Below, in pieces: positions 9,950 to 21,037 of a stretch of 64,000 bases of DNA. The DNA comes from a bacterium (lineage in GTDB: Bacteria; Electryoneota; Electryoneia; Electryoneales; Electryoneaceae). The stretch covers positions 1,920,001 to 1,984,000 of the forward strand of contig OY769902.1 in assembly GCA_963669175.1 (NCBI GenBank), in the 5' to 3' direction. Positions within the stretch are counted from its first letter, which is position 1. Every line of letters starts with the position of its first letter. The notes beneath the pieces are model-generated. The model did not search any database. It saw nothing but the letters and a program-made list of their open reading frames with translations, and was not told the DNA's origin. A program made the position numbers and the translations under genes.

Positions 9950-10400
9950 ATGGATATTCATCTTAATGCAGTTTATATCAACACAATACAACTGATTTGT
10001 ACAGCATTTTTCAGGGTACAGTTTGCTCCGGTATCCCTTTGCGTGTCTATTCGCTGTTTTGCTGACACATAGAGGCTGTGTTCCGGTAACCGCCCCGGCA
10101 GGGGCAACCTGTATTAGCCCCGGGCAGCCGCCGTCTGTTTGGCGGCTACCCGGGGAGATGAATCCCACCACTTTTACTCCGGTAGGAGTAACCTGAATAT
10201 TATTATAGGTATACAGCGTGAATTGAGTAGGCAACCCGCTACCGGGGTTGGCAAGAATAGGACACTCTTTTCCCACCGTGAGCGCCAACCAGACGGCGCT
10301 GGACGGTGGGCTAATACAGGGAACTACTGCCGTGGTTCTTGTACTGGACATTCCATCAAATACCACATCTGAAATTGCATTGGTAAAATATTCGGGTTAG
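9950..10400 (+). mobile_element. MITE-like structured element family A, copy 1 (left end missing)
   Basis: Colinear with 62606-63057; ends TTCGGGTTAG; many internal hairpins. Confidence 0.75.
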
Positions 10401-10504
10401 AAGGTGTAAGTAAAAAATGTAGAAAAGGCAAAGAAAGAATTGACAAACTGCGTAGCCAGAAGTGCTTGTAAGGTAGAAGGGTTGTTCCTTTTGCCAGAAC
10501 GAAT

Positions 10505-10540
10505 AATAAAACAAGGACGACCCAATCGGATCGTCCTTGT
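10505..10540 (-). terminator. Intrinsic terminator of amt-porin unit
   Basis: ACAAGGACGA...TCGTCCTTGT hairpin followed on the minus strand by a T-rich tail. Confidence 0.65.
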
Positions 10541-10611
10541 AGTGTATCTCTATCTGCGATCCGGAAGCTTGTTTATCCGCAAGGAGGAAGATACCGGATC
10601 GCGGGGGCAGT

Positions 10612-11646
10612 TTAGAATGTATAGGTCATCTCAAAAGCGATGGTGCTTTTGCTTTTGGTCAGGCCATCGTCGCCATCGTCGAAGTAGTCTTCACCGGCCA
10701 TGTCCATCCGGTACTCGATCAGGGCGCCCATGCCGTTGCCCAGGTAGAAGGTCGGGGCGATGGTCAGTTCGCTGAGTGTCAGCTCTGCCGGATTACCATT
10801 GGCATCCATCCAGCCAAAGACATAAGCGTCACTGTCAGTGAAGGAGCCGTAGCGTACTGTCAGGCCAACCATCTCGGTGAAATCATAATGAGTCATGACC
10901 ATGAAGCCGTTCCAACCGAAATCGTCTGTGCCGTTATCAAAGGTGCCCATATTGTACTCACCGCCGACGATCCAGTTTTCCTGGATGTAATAACCGAAAT
11001 CGATGTCGGTTATGGTGGTGAGTGTCAACTGGTCTTGATCCTCGGTGCCGCTGATGTAGGACAGGTGAATGAAGAACTTTTCGCCCATGCTGTAGCCAAC
11101 CTGGCCGCCATATGTCATGGCTTCGTTGCTGTTTTCGTTCATGTCCATGCCGTTGGTGGCATACGCGGTCAGATTGACGCCGTAGCCGACATCAGCCATG
11201 GCCATCAGACCGGTGGCGTTGGTCGGGAGACCATGATCGAAGACCAGGGTGTGGGAGAACTGGAACATGTCGGGAGCGTCCAGCGCTTCGAACCCGATCG
11301 GCACATTCCACTTACCCATGCGCATGGTAACCTTGCCGCAGAAGGGCATACGGTAGTCCATATACCCCTGTTCCGCGTCCAGTTGCCAGCCGTTGCCGAC
11401 CTTGACCCATTCCACATCGACACGCAGCGCGCCGGCGCCATCACCGATCAGACGGGCCACATCAATTTCAGCCTGGTCCAGGCCGAATGTGTTTTCGTTG
11501 GTATTCAAGTTGCCGGAGTAACTGGCATCCACAAAACCACTGATGGACGTAACAGCTTCATCCGTAACAATCGTAAGATCCTGTGCAAACAGTGGCATTG
11601 CGCACAATGCCGCGATCACGCCTGCAACCAGCAATTTCTTGAACAT
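10612..11646 (-). CDS. Outer-membrane beta-barrel porin (BBP2/OmpL-like)
   Basis: Signal peptide; 'SISGFVDASYSGN', 'MGKWNVPIGFE'; C-terminal YTF; downstream of amt. Confidence 0.75.
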   Translation of the reverse strand: MFKKLLVAGVIAALCAMPLFAQDLTIVTDEAVTSISGFVDASYSGNLNTNENTFGLDQAEIDVARLIGDGAGALRVDVEWVKVGNGWQLDAEQGYMDYRMPFCGKVTMRMGKWNVPIGFEALDAPDMFQFSHTLVFDHGLPTNATGLMAMADVGYGVNLTAYATNGMDMNENSNEAMTYGGQVGYSMGEKFFIHLSYISGTEDQDQLTLTTITDIDFGYYIQENWIVGGEYNMGTFDNGTDDFGWNGFMVMTHYDFTEMVGLTVRYGSFTDSDAYVFGWMDANGNPAELTLSELTIAPTFYLGNGMGALIEYRMDMAGEDYFDDGDDGLTKSKSTIAFEMTYTF

Positions 11647-11797
11647 CAGGTGCTTCCTCCCCATATGATGGTCACTTTTCGTTCAACATCGAAACAAGGT
11701 AGTGTTCAAGCTCGGAAACTCCAATAAAGGAGCCAGCTTGCGTATAAAAATACAGGGAAGCCGCCTCAAATAATGAGAGCGACTTCCCCTGCAAACA

Positions 11798-13027
11798 TCA
11801 GCCTAAATCACCACGTTCGCTCTGGTAAGCGCGTTCACCATGAACGGCTTCATCGAGTGTCGCTTCTTCGATTTCACTGGTGCGGACCTTGGTGATCTTG
11901 TTAATGATCCACAACATGCCATAGGTGAAGACAAAGGCATACACGGACGAAACGATGATCGCGACAAGCTGCTTTACAAAGAAGCCGCCGTCACCCTCAA
12001 GCAGACCAGCCTGGCTGTTGACCGCTGTAGAAGCGAAAACGCCGAGCATGATCACACCAATCATACCGCCAACACCGTGGACGCCCCATACATCCAACGC
12101 ATCGTCCCAGCGAAGCTTGTTCTTCAGATTCACCGCGCCGTAGCAGACCAGACCGGCGACGATACCGATGATCGCTGCGGAGGTCGGTGTGACAAAACCG
12201 GCAGCCGGGGTAATCGTGGCCAGACCGGCGACAGCACCGGTAAGAAGGCCGACAAACTTCGGCTTCTTGACCAGGGACCACTCGAGGATCATCCAGGTTA
12301 CGGCTGCGCAGGATGCGGCGATGTCGGTATTGATGAACGCAGTCACGGTGACCTGGTCAACACGAAGCTCGCTACCGGCGTTGAAACCGTACCAACCGAA
12401 CCACAGAAGACCGGTGCCAAGGGCGACCAGCGGAATGCTGTGCGGTTCGCTGTCTTCCTTCAGACGACCACCGACAAAGAGCACGGATGCCAATGCGGCC
12501 ATACCGGCTGTGTTATGCACGGCAATACCACCGGCGAAGTCAAGAACGCCCCACTGCGCCAGGATGCCACCGCCCCATACCATGTGGACGAAGGGGAAGT
12601 ATACAAATACGAGCCAGGCAATAAGGAACATCAGGTAAGCCGGGAAACGAACCCGGTTCGAGAAGGCGCCGGTAATCAGCGCGGGGGTAATGATCGCGAA
12701 CATCATCTGGTAAGCAAAGAACAAGTATTCCGGAATGTCGCCAGACATGGTGTTCAGATCGACACCGTGCAGGAATGCCTTGTCAAAGTTACCAACAATG
12801 CCCAGGAAATCCGTACCACTGGCTGCATCGCCACTGAAGCACATCGAGTAGCCAAAGGCAAACCAGACGATGGTTGTAATGCCCAGGGAAACAAAACTCT
12901 GGGTCATAATGGTCAACACGTTCTTGCGACCAACCAGTCCGCCATAGAAAAAGGCCAGACCCGGTGTCATCAACATCACCAGACTGGTGGCGACCAGCAT
13001 AAAACCAACATGGCCCGTGTCCAACAT
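11798..13027 (-). CDS. amtB: Ammonium transporter
   Basis: LVMLMTPGLAFFYGG, DFAGGIAVH, WFGWYGFNAGS, DDALDVWGVHG (both conserved His present). Confidence 0.95.
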   Translation of the reverse strand: MLDTGHVGFMLVATSLVMLMTPGLAFFYGGLVGRKNVLTIMTQSFVSLGITTIVWFAFGYSMCFSGDAASGTDFLGIVGNFDKAFLHGVDLNTMSGDIPEYLFFAYQMMFAIITPALITGAFSNRVRFPAYLMFLIAWLVFVYFPFVHMVWGGGILAQWGVLDFAGGIAVHNTAGMAALASVLFVGGRLKEDSEPHSIPLVALGTGLLWFGWYGFNAGSELRVDQVTVTAFINTDIAASCAAVTWMILEWSLVKKPKFVGLLTGAVAGLATITPAAGFVTPTSAAIIGIVAGLVCYGAVNLKNKLRWDDALDVWGVHGVGGMIGVIMLGVFASTAVNSQAGLLEGDGGFFVKQLVAIIVSSVYAFVFTYGMLWIINKITKVRTSEIEEATLDEAVHGERAYQSERGDLG

Positions 13028-13749
13028 GGAGAACTCTCCCTTCCCATGGTAGTGCAGGATAGACTGTCCATCCCGCTTGAAGTATGTACAAAATCTGAAA
13101 CAGGTAGTAGTACCCGTGGTTTTGACGTTGGATGATAAACACTAACTGTAATAAAAACAATCGGGGAGCACCTGAAATCTCGGTGAAAGTACCCTGATCG
13201 GACCGGGTAAAACGGGTGCTGTTTTCTAATGGAAATGGATTGAATAGTGTTTCTTGGGTGTGTCGTGGTGGGAAAATGCCTTGCAGTGGGCTAGGGATTT
13301 TCCCGATGCTGTTGAGAAGTTATTGATATTTAAGTGGTTGACTTGTGAAAAAATGAACCAGATTTTCAGGAATCGGATTTCCGGATCAAGGCAATTTCTG
13401 TTTCGCTGAGTTCGTAACTAAGGGAATTGGAAGTCTGTTTCCTTCAAGGATGCACGGGTAAATTTGATGAAGGATTATACAGGGAAATATCTGACAGAAA
13501 ATGGGGACTGCCACACTTTTCGCAGCGAAGATGTATCGGATTGTTGATTTCTGAGAAAACATGTTGCGAAAAGGTAGCTGTCCCGGCATTTTCCTCAATA
13601 CTGGTTTGACTGTTCTGTATTCGAATGCGCGAAAGGGAAATAGTCACATTTTTCGTCTGTTTATCCATTCTTCGCAAAGCGATTTTTAAACCATCAAAGA
13701 CAGTGAGGAACCGAGAGATGTCACATGGGTATCAATGGAAATTGTTCGA

Positions 13750-14784
13750 CTACAAAAATGAGGTCTGCATATTTGCGTTGGGTGAGCCGGGAGTATGGCC
13801 CAGGATCTCAAAGGCGAGTGGAGTGGCAACACGTCCACGCTGGGTGCGTTCCAGCATGCCCTGTTGGATCAGGTAGGGTTCGTAGAGTTCCTCGATCGTA
13901 CCCGCATCTTCACCGACAGTGACAGCGACGGTTGAGAGTCCTACCGGACCGCCACGATATTTCACGATAATCGCCTCGAGAATACGTTTGTCCATGTCAT
14001 CCAGCCCACGTTCGTCAATCTCGAGCCGTTCCAGCGAATTACGTGCGAGCGCATCGGTAACCACGCCCTGGCCTTCCACTTCGGCAAAGTCACGCAGTCT
14101 TCTCAGGAGACGGTTGGCGACACGGGGAGTGCCACGACTGCGGCGTGCGATCTCACCGGAAGCGCCATCGCCGAGCGTGACCTGTAACTTTCCGGCGTTG
14201 GCGTTGACGATGGTCTCAATCTCGGAAGCGTGGTAATAGTCGAAACGGGACGTGATACCGAAACGTGCGCGCAGGGGGGAAGTGAGTAATCCTGCGCGAG
14301 TGGTTGCGCCAACCAATGTGAACGGAGGAAGATTGATCTGGACTGTACGTGCCGCCGGACCGCTGTCGATCAGGATGTCCAGACGGTAGTCTTCCATCGC
14401 CGGGTACAGGTACTCCTCGACGACCTTGTTCAGGCGGTGGATCTCATCAATGAAAAGGACGTCGTTTTCTTCCAAATTGGTCAGCAGTCCCGCAAGGTCC
14501 GCGGCTTTTTCCAGCACGGGGCCGCTGGTGGCGTGCATATGCACCCCGAGTTCATTGGAGATGATGCCGGCGAGAGTGGTTTTACCCAAACCGGGAGGGC
14601 CGTAGAACAACGTGTGGTCCAGCGCTTCGCCACGCTGACGAGCTGCGGTGACGAACACTTCCAGATTGCTCTTCAGCTTCTTCTGACCAATGAAATGCTC
14701 AAACGACTGCGGCCTCAGCGAACGATCCAGCTCGATGTCGCCGGGTACAGTCTGCGGAGCAGTGATTCTCGGTTCCAAATCCAC
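13750..14784 (-). CDS. ruvB: Holliday junction branch migration helicase RuvB
   Basis: [48 protein letters not shown]. Confidence 0.97.
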   Translation of the reverse strand: MDLEPRITAPQTVPGDIELDRSLRPQSFEHFIGQKKLKSNLEVFVTAARQRGEALDHTLFYGPPGLGKTTLAGIISNELGVHMHATSGPVLEKAADLAGLLTNLEENDVLFIDEIHRLNKVVEEYLYPAMEDYRLDILIDSGPAARTVQINLPPFTLVGATTRAGLLTSPLRARFGITSRFDYYHASEIETIVNANAGKLQVTLGDGASGEIARRSRGTPRVANRLLRRLRDFAEVEGQGVVTDALARNSLERLEIDERGLDDMDKRILEAIIVKYRGGPVGLSTVAVTVGEDAGTIEELYEPYLIQQGMLERTQRGRVATPLAFEILGHTPGSPNANMQTSFL

Positions 14785-15002
14785 GGGAACAAATTCGTTT
14801 CAGGATACCTGTCCCGCCCCATTTGCGGGATGAATAGCTTCAACAACGCTGCAATATAGGTATCATTTGTTCAACAGGCAATGAGGGCAGGGATATCATA
14901 TGTGCGTGTGAAGAATGATGCAGAAAATGAGTACGCCTCGCAGGGCAGTGTCCTTCGTTGCTTAGAAACCGTACCATAAGGCAGTCCAAGAAAGGAAGTT
15001 TT

Positions 15003-15971
15003 ATGATAGAGAACACTGTTTTTACTGATCCGAATCCTGCGATCACGCAAGCGGTTTTGCAGGCTGCGGAAGCTACGCACCTTGTCCAGTTGGACGCTCG
15101 CCGTGAAGATGCCTGGTCCAAGGAGGACAAAACTCCGGTGACGATTGCGGATCTCACGTCTCAAGCCATCATCCTCGGAGCCCTGATCCAGGTGGCGGCT
15201 GAAGAATGTGTCATCGCCGAGGAAGAGGCGCTGGTCTATGATGATGACGAACGCCTGATCCGGATTAGTGGCCTGATTCATAAGGTTGCCGGGGAATCTT
15301 TTTCATTGGATGAACTGAATCATCGTATCGGTCATCGTGGCGATCCTAAGCATAAACGTCGCTGGTTTGTCGATCCGATTGATGGCACCAAGGGATTTCT
15401 CAAGGGGCTGGCGTATGCGATTGGTGTAGCGCGTGCGACCGATGGTGAGCTGGATCAGGCATGGCTGGCGGTGCCAGGTGGGGAGGAATTGCTCCCCAGG
15501 ACGTCCGGAAAACTGTTCATGGCGGCCAAAGGACAGGGCGCATGGGTGCGTGATTTGCGTCCGGACGCTCCCTGGTCACGGTTGCAGACTTCGCCGGATA
15601 TGCCGGAAGAGATCAGGGTTGTCGGATCACGTGCGCATGGTCGCGGGGTCGGGCCGGATGAGTTGAAAGAAGCGGGTTTGCAGGCGTCTTTCCTGCCTCT
15701 GGACAGCATGGCGAAATACGTTGCTGTAGCCACAGGAGAAGCGCATGTGTATGTCCGTGAACCGCATCCAAAATTTGGACCGAATATGGTTTGGGATCAC
15801 GCGGCCGGTTCGCTGATCGTACGTGAAGCCGGGGGCATTTCTACGGACCTGGACGGGAAAGCGTTTGATTTCACGCATGGCACCCGCCTGGTTGAGAACA
15901 ACGGTGTCCTGACCGCCAGTTGCAAGCCCCTGCATGACAAGATGCTGAAATTGCTGGAAGGATGTGAGTAG
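15003..15971 (+). CDS. 3'(2'),5'-bisphosphate nucleotidase / inositol monophosphatase family (HAL2/CysQ-like)
   Basis: KEDKTPVTIAD, DPIDGTKGFL, LDSMAKY, WDHAAG. Confidence 0.88.
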   Translation: MIENTVFTDPNPAITQAVLQAAEATHLVQLDARREDAWSKEDKTPVTIADLTSQAIILGALIQVAAEECVIAEEEALVYDDDERLIRISGLIHKVAGESFSLDELNHRIGHRGDPKHKRRWFVDPIDGTKGFLKGLAYAIGVARATDGELDQAWLAVPGGEELLPRTSGKLFMAAKGQGAWVRDLRPDAPWSRLQTSPDMPEEIRVVGSRAHGRGVGPDELKEAGLQASFLPLDSMAKYVAVATGEAHVYVREPHPKFGPNMVWDHAAGSLIVREAGGISTDLDGKAFDFTHGTRLVENNGVLTASCKPLHDKMLKLLEGCE

Positions 15972-16044
15972 AGAGACTGCACATTTTAGCAATAAAAATC
16001 AGATTTTCTATTGCCCGGAGCATGGGAATCCTTTACTTTTCAGC

Positions 16045-17025
16045 ATGTTTCTAGATCGACTGACTATAGAGGTGCAGGCGGGTGACGGCGGCAACGGGGT
16101 GACCTCGTTCCGGCGTGAGAAGTTTGTACCCAAAGGCGGGCCTGACGGCGGCGACGGCGGCCGTGGGGGCCATGTAATTCTACGTGTGGACGAAGGACTG
16201 GCGACCCTGCTGGATCTGCGTACCATGCCCCAGATTAAAGCCTCAAACGGGCGTCACGGCGCTGGTGCGAAGAAGACCGGACGTGGCGGCGAAGACCTGA
16301 TCATCCGTGTTCCACCAGGCACGCTGGTGTTTGATGACGAAACCGGGGAACAGGTCGCAGACCTGACTGAGCATGCGCAGGAAGAAATTGTCGCGAAGGG
16401 CGGGCATGGTGGGAAAGGGAATTCGCACTTTGCCACTCCTCAGATTCGCGCCCCGCGTAAATCCACCCAGGGCGGAGAGGGCCAGAAGAAGATCCTGCGG
16501 CTGGAACTGAAGCTGATCGCAGACATCGGACTGGTTGGCTTGCCCAATGTGGGAAAATCTACCCTGTTGTCTGTCATCAGCGCCGCGCGTCCCGAGATTG
16601 CAAACTATCCATTCACGACACTCACGCCCCATCTTGGAATGGTAAAAGGCCAGGGCTGGCGCAACTTTGTCGTGGCTGATATTCCCGGTCTGATCGAAGG
16701 CGCATCGGAAGGGAAGGGGCTGGGGCATCAGTTCCTGCGTCATATCGAACGCACTCGCGCCTTGGCAGTCCTGGTTGACTCACTGGATGAGAAGCCGGAC
16801 GACACGCTGACGACCTTGCTGGACGAATTGGGCGCGTTTAATCCCGCATTGCTGGAAAAACCACGTGTGGTTGTCCGGTCACGTTCTGATCTGGGCGGCG
16901 AGCACTGGGACAAAGAGCAGCTCCGCTTCTCAGCGGCAGCACGAGAGAATATTCCGGAATTATTGCGTCTGTTCGAACAAATGATACGAGAAGCTGATGA
17001 CACACCTTCCGAGAACGACTGGTAG
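16045..17025 (+). CDS. obgE: GTPase ObgE/CgtA
   Basis: GDGGNG..SFRREK..PKGGPDGGDGG, GLPNVGKSTL, YPFTTL, DIPGLIEGAS. Confidence 0.96.
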   Translation: MFLDRLTIEVQAGDGGNGVTSFRREKFVPKGGPDGGDGGRGGHVILRVDEGLATLLDLRTMPQIKASNGRHGAGAKKTGRGGEDLIIRVPPGTLVFDDETGEQVADLTEHAQEEIVAKGGHGGKGNSHFATPQIRAPRKSTQGGEGQKKILRLELKLIADIGLVGLPNVGKSTLLSVISAARPEIANYPFTTLTPHLGMVKGQGWRNFVVADIPGLIEGASEGKGLGHQFLRHIERTRALAVLVDSLDEKPDDTLTTLLDELGAFNPALLEKPRVVVRSRSDLGGEHWDKEQLRFSAAARENIPELLRLFEQMIREADDTPSENDW

Positions 17026-18211
17026 GGACGCTATTGGCCCACGCTATTGGCCGGGGTTGGCGTTACTGGATGTTCAAAACGATGCTGCTACGCTCGAAGA
17101 AGAGAAAGCGGTGTTATTGGCTCTGTTACGTGCCAAAGAACTTGGCAGCCAGACGGCATGGAAAATCTCGGAAGTATTTGATTCCGCACGTGGAATCGTA
17201 GCGGCAGATGATTCAACGCTGCAACACATCGGTGAACTCAAAGCCGAAACGATACAGACATTCCGAGCAGCGCTTTCCAACGGGTTCGGGTATCGTCAGC
17301 TCGAGATTGCGAAGAAGCTCGGCGTGAATATTCTTGTGGCAGGCGAAAAGGGGTACCCGACTCTTCTGTCGCAAGCCTTCTCACCGCCAGCTATCCTCTA
17401 TGCCTGGGGCAATCCTTTACCTGCCGATGATCGTACCGTGGCTATGGTCGGCAGTCGAAAGGCGGATGATCCCAGCAAGGAACTGGCGCATCAGATCGGC
17501 GCCGGGCTGGTTAAGGCAGGACTGACGACGATTTCCGGTATGGCATATGGCATCGATGCCGCAGCACACCGTGGCTCGATGCAGGAGGGCGGACATACGG
17601 TTGCGGTTCTGGGCTGTGGAGTGGATGTGGTTTACCCACCTCAGCACAAGAAGTTGCGTGACCAGATTATCCGCGAAGGGACTGTGGTAAGCGAGCTGTT
17701 CCTGGGCGCAGGACCGGAAGCCAAACACTTCCCCATGCGAAATCGTATCATTGCCTGGATGAGTACGGCGACAGTTGTTGTGAAAGCTGCACAACGAAGT
17801 GGGGCCTTGATCACGGCTGCGTATGCCTTGCAGGAAAACCGTGAAGTGTTCGCCTGCCCCGGGCATCCGTTATCGCCGGGATATGCCGGAACCAATCACC
17901 TGCTCAAACAAGGGGCGCACATTGCTCGTCATGCGGGTGATGTACTGGAGGTCGTTGCGCCCATGGTCGGGCTGGATCTGGCGACAGGGCAGGAAGAGCT
18001 GAATCTGGATGCAACACCCACCGGACTGGACAAGGAAGAAGAACTGATTTATACCACACTTGATCCGGTCGAAAAAATCCATGCGGACAAACTGTCTGCG
18101 ATGATCAACCTGGACACATCACGCCTAGGCGTTTTACTTCTCAGCATGGAATTGAAAGGATTGGTAAAACGGCTGCCGGGTGACCACTACGTGCGCGTGA
18201 TCACCCGGTAA
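16997..18211 (+). CDS. dprA: DNA-processing protein DprA
   Basis: VGSRK, ISGMAYGIDAAAH, VLGCGVDVVYP, FPMRNRII, SGALITA; C-terminal winged helix. Confidence 0.93.
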   Translation: MTHLPRTTGRDAIGPRYWPGLALLDVQNDAATLEEEKAVLLALLRAKELGSQTAWKISEVFDSARGIVAADDSTLQHIGELKAETIQTFRAALSNGFGYRQLEIAKKLGVNILVAGEKGYPTLLSQAFSPPAILYAWGNPLPADDRTVAMVGSRKADDPSKELAHQIGAGLVKAGLTTISGMAYGIDAAAHRGSMQEGGHTVAVLGCGVDVVYPPQHKKLRDQIIREGTVVSELFLGAGPEAKHFPMRNRIIAWMSTATVVVKAAQRSGALITAAYALQENREVFACPGHPLSPGYAGTNHLLKQGAHIARHAGDVLEVVAPMVGLDLATGQEELNLDATPTGLDKEEELIYTTLDPVEKIHADKLSAMINLDTSRLGVLLLSMELKGLVKRLPGDHYVRVITR

Positions 18212-18228
18212 CGCATCGATCATGTGAA

Positions 18229-19182
18229 TCAGTCCACCAGTGCTGGATTTGTTGCCAGGAATACATCCAACCATTCCACTTTTGATTGGCGTTGACCACC
18301 ACCGGGGCTACTTCCAGGCCCACCGCCCGGGCCGCCTCCACCAGGACCTCCTCTTCCGCCCATGCCGCCGCCACCCATACCGCCACCTCCCATGCCACCG
18401 CCAGGAGGGCCACCACCACCGGGACCACCTCCACCGGGGCCACCACCGGGACCACCGCCGCCGGGACCGCCTTCTCGATCCCCGCTGCCGGTTGCGGTAA
18501 GCTCGAGCCCCACGCTGAGCTTCTCACCGGGCGCGACATCAAGGCAGAAATGATTCGGATTTCTGTTCAACGGAATGGCCAGTTCATAGGCGATACGGTC
18601 ATTCTCAAGACGGGCGCATGCAGCGCGGGGACCATCGGAACCGTCGGCCGCCAAAAGGTCAGGCTGGCCGGAACCTGCGTACTGACAAACGATCATGTTC
18701 CAGACATTATCACCTTCCGGCATTTGAAAACGTGGTTTGCTGGTATCACCGGGAGCCATGTTGCCGCCAAAGGGGCGATCTCCACCGGGACCACCCTGAC
18801 CGCCGGGGCCGCCGTCGGGACGTCCACCACGATCATTGCCGTCACGGCCCAACTGCTCACCGCGATATTGCAGCTTCATGGTCTTCTTGTGCTTGCCATT
18901 TTCGTTGACCCAGAAGTTGACACCGGGCATGCCTGCCTTGCCATCCAACTTCTGCAATACCAGTACGTAGACAGTGTCGTCACTGTTTACCAGGCTTACG
19001 GATGTGCTGTACTTCTCAAAAACAACACGGGGGTATACTTCCCAATCGTCAAAATCACCATCAATCACCAACGGCGATGACAACCATAAGCCATCCAGCG
19101 CCCCGCCCCTGCAACCGATAAGGGCAAGGGATCCAATGGCTGCACAGAATACAAGCAGACTTGCCTGCTTTAGGCTCTGCAT
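18229..19182 (-). CDS. Putative lipoprotein with CBM9/DOMON-like fold and Gly/Pro-rich low-complexity inserts
   Basis: Lipobox LIGC; 'IDGDFDDW' and 'YELAIPL' motifs; GGPGGG repeats; RBS GGAAGGAG. Confidence 0.65.
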   Translation of the reverse strand: MQSLKQASLLVFCAAIGSLALIGCRGGALDGLWLSSPLVIDGDFDDWEVYPRVVFEKYSTSVSLVNSDDTVYVLVLQKLDGKAGMPGVNFWVNENGKHKKTMKLQYRGEQLGRDGNDRGGRPDGGPGGQGGPGGDRPFGGNMAPGDTSKPRFQMPEGDNVWNMIVCQYAGSGQPDLLAADGSDGPRAACARLENDRIAYELAIPLNRNPNHFCLDVAPGEKLSVGLELTATGSGDREGGPGGGGPGGGPGGGGPGGGGPPGGGMGGGGMGGGGMGGRGGPGGGGPGGGPGSSPGGGQRQSKVEWLDVFLATNPALVD

Positions 19183-19337
19183 GATGCTCCTTCCAGGTAT
19201 CACCCAAGTTCAGCTTCCCCTTGATGACGCTGGAGGTCGGAGGAGGTTTAATATGTGCAGCGATTACGATACTGAGCTTCGAATGACATGTCGTTCACTG
19301 TCATTTCCACCAGCGCGGCCGAAGGGTTCAACAGTTC

Positions 19338-19373
19338 ACAGGATAAACAGGATAGCAAGGATATAAAGGATAG
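19338..19373 (+). repeat. 9-nt periodic repeat (acAGGATna)x4
   Basis: ACAGGATAA ACAGGATAG CAAGGATAT AAAGGATAG; same family at 25043-25156 and 34427-34510. Confidence 0.7.
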
Positions 19374-19592
19374 CCATTGTTACTGTTATGATTAATCTCA
19401 GGAAATACCCAGGCACTGTAGTTGTCCTGCCCATCCATCTCTTCCTTTGAATTCTTGATCCAGAATACCCGAGAACCTGTCACATTCCCGACTTTGCCTA
19501 TCAGTTTCTGAAGAGAGTGAAAGCTCTGTTCCCATGCCACGTGTAACAAAGGTATCCACATCATCGCAAGGTAAAATCGGGCCACCCGTCTT

Positions 19593-20925
19593 CAGCAAAA
19601 GGGGACTGTTTCCTTTTCGTTGCGCGGAGGTGAGATACTTTGTGATGCAGGTAATCGAAAAGGTGGCTGTACCCTTTTGCCTGTGAAGAAGCACAACACT
19701 CTTTTCTGTCCAAAGCGATCAGGTTTTATCACTGCGAAAAGGAGACCTGAAGTGAAAAAAGTGGGCAGTGAAATAGGTGAAAAAAGTAAAGAAGGTAAAA
19801 AACGTAAAAAAGGTCGGGTGGCCAGATCCGCAAGTGACAATGTTTCCATTCTATCTGAACACGGAATACGTTGCGAATACCACATGACAAGCCAAATCCA
19901 GGAGCGCATCTGGACGAGACCAACTTGCAGCAAAAGGGGACTGTTTCCTTTTCGTTGCGCGGAGGTGAGATACTTCGTGATGCAGGTAATCGAAAAGGTG
20001 GCTGTACCCTTTTGCCTGTGACAAAGTGTAACGCTCTTTTCTGTCCAATGCGATCAGGTTTTATCACTGCGAAAAGGGTACAGTTTCCTTTTCCGCAAGG
20101 TCAGCGGGAGTGTCTGGCACAGGACGTGGGGAAAAGGATCCCGTCCCCTTTTCGTGCAAGCCACCTGTAGCCCGGCCATGCCTGACCGGGAAAAGCTGTC
20201 GTGTGGTCGTGTGGCCCGAGTCGCAGATGATGCTCCTTCCACTCTGGTACAATTGTCAACATTCGTAGTCATTTCCACGCTTGACGCAGCACAAGAGCGC
20301 CTCGGGATTCTACAAACAAGCGGACTAACTTCTTGATAGAATTTAGAATAGACCCCGCCGGGCAGCCGCCTTTGCTTCGCTACGGCTCGCTTCAAGCCGG
20401 CGGGGCCAAGCTACACATCTGCAGCAAAAGGGGACTGTTTCCTTTTCGTTGCGCGGCGGTGAGATACTTCGTGATTCAGGTAATCGAAAAGGTGACTGTA
20501 CCCTTTTGCCTGTCAAGAAGTACAACACTCTTTTCTGTCCCATGCGATCAGGTTTATCACTGCGAAAAGGGTACAGTTTCCTTTTCCGCAAGGTCAGCGG
20601 GAGTGTCCGGCACAGGACGTGGGGAAAAGGATCCCGTCCCCTTTTCGTGCAAGCCACCTGTAGCCCGGCCATGCCTGGCCGGGAAAAGCTGTCGTGTGGC
20701 CCGAGACGCAGATGATGCTCCTTCCACTCTGATACAATCGTCAACATTCGTAGTCATTTCCACGCTTGACGCAGCACAAGAGCGCCTCGGGATTCTACAA
20801 ACAAGCGGACTAACTTCTTGATAGAATTTAGAATAGACCCCGCCGGGCAGCCGCCTTCGCTTCGCTACGGCTCGCTTCAAGCCGGCGGGGCCAATAACGG
20901 ACACACACTTCAAGCGGCGGGGCTA
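19593..20925. repeat. Left modular repeat array (REP doublets AAAAGGG(G/T)ACnG...CCTTTT plus hairpin modules; 494-bp tandem unit)
   Basis: Module starting CAGCAAAAGGGGACTGTTTCCTTTTC at 19593, 19928 and 20422; hairpin module at 20316-20409 and 20801-20894. Confidence 0.9.
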
Positions 20926-21037
20926 ACAGTGCGACACTTGGCTTTCCTCAAAACGCTACAGCTACACATCGAGCAGGGAAAGGATACCTGATACTCGAAG
21001 AGTCCTGAGCATTTCTTCGAATATATGTGCGGAGATC

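Noticed and set aside
11840-13135. 431-aa antisense ORF over amt (similarly 10888-11727, 3385-4347, 35387-36376, 55246-56373, 18286-19080)
   Set aside because: Shadow frames of codon-biased genes with no recognisable motifs
13165-13222. Possible riboswitch upstream of amt
   Set aside because: Nested hairpin pairs better on the non-coding strand and matches no glutamine riboswitch consensus I can recognise
19592-20913. Many short overlapping ORFs in the arrays (also 23990-25027)
   Set aside because: They are translations of repeated DNA on both strands with no coding signature
19593-20925. CRISPR array (23-nt palindromes with 37-56 nt spacers)
   Set aside because: Repeats alternate in orientation, the spacers recur between units, and no cas genes are present
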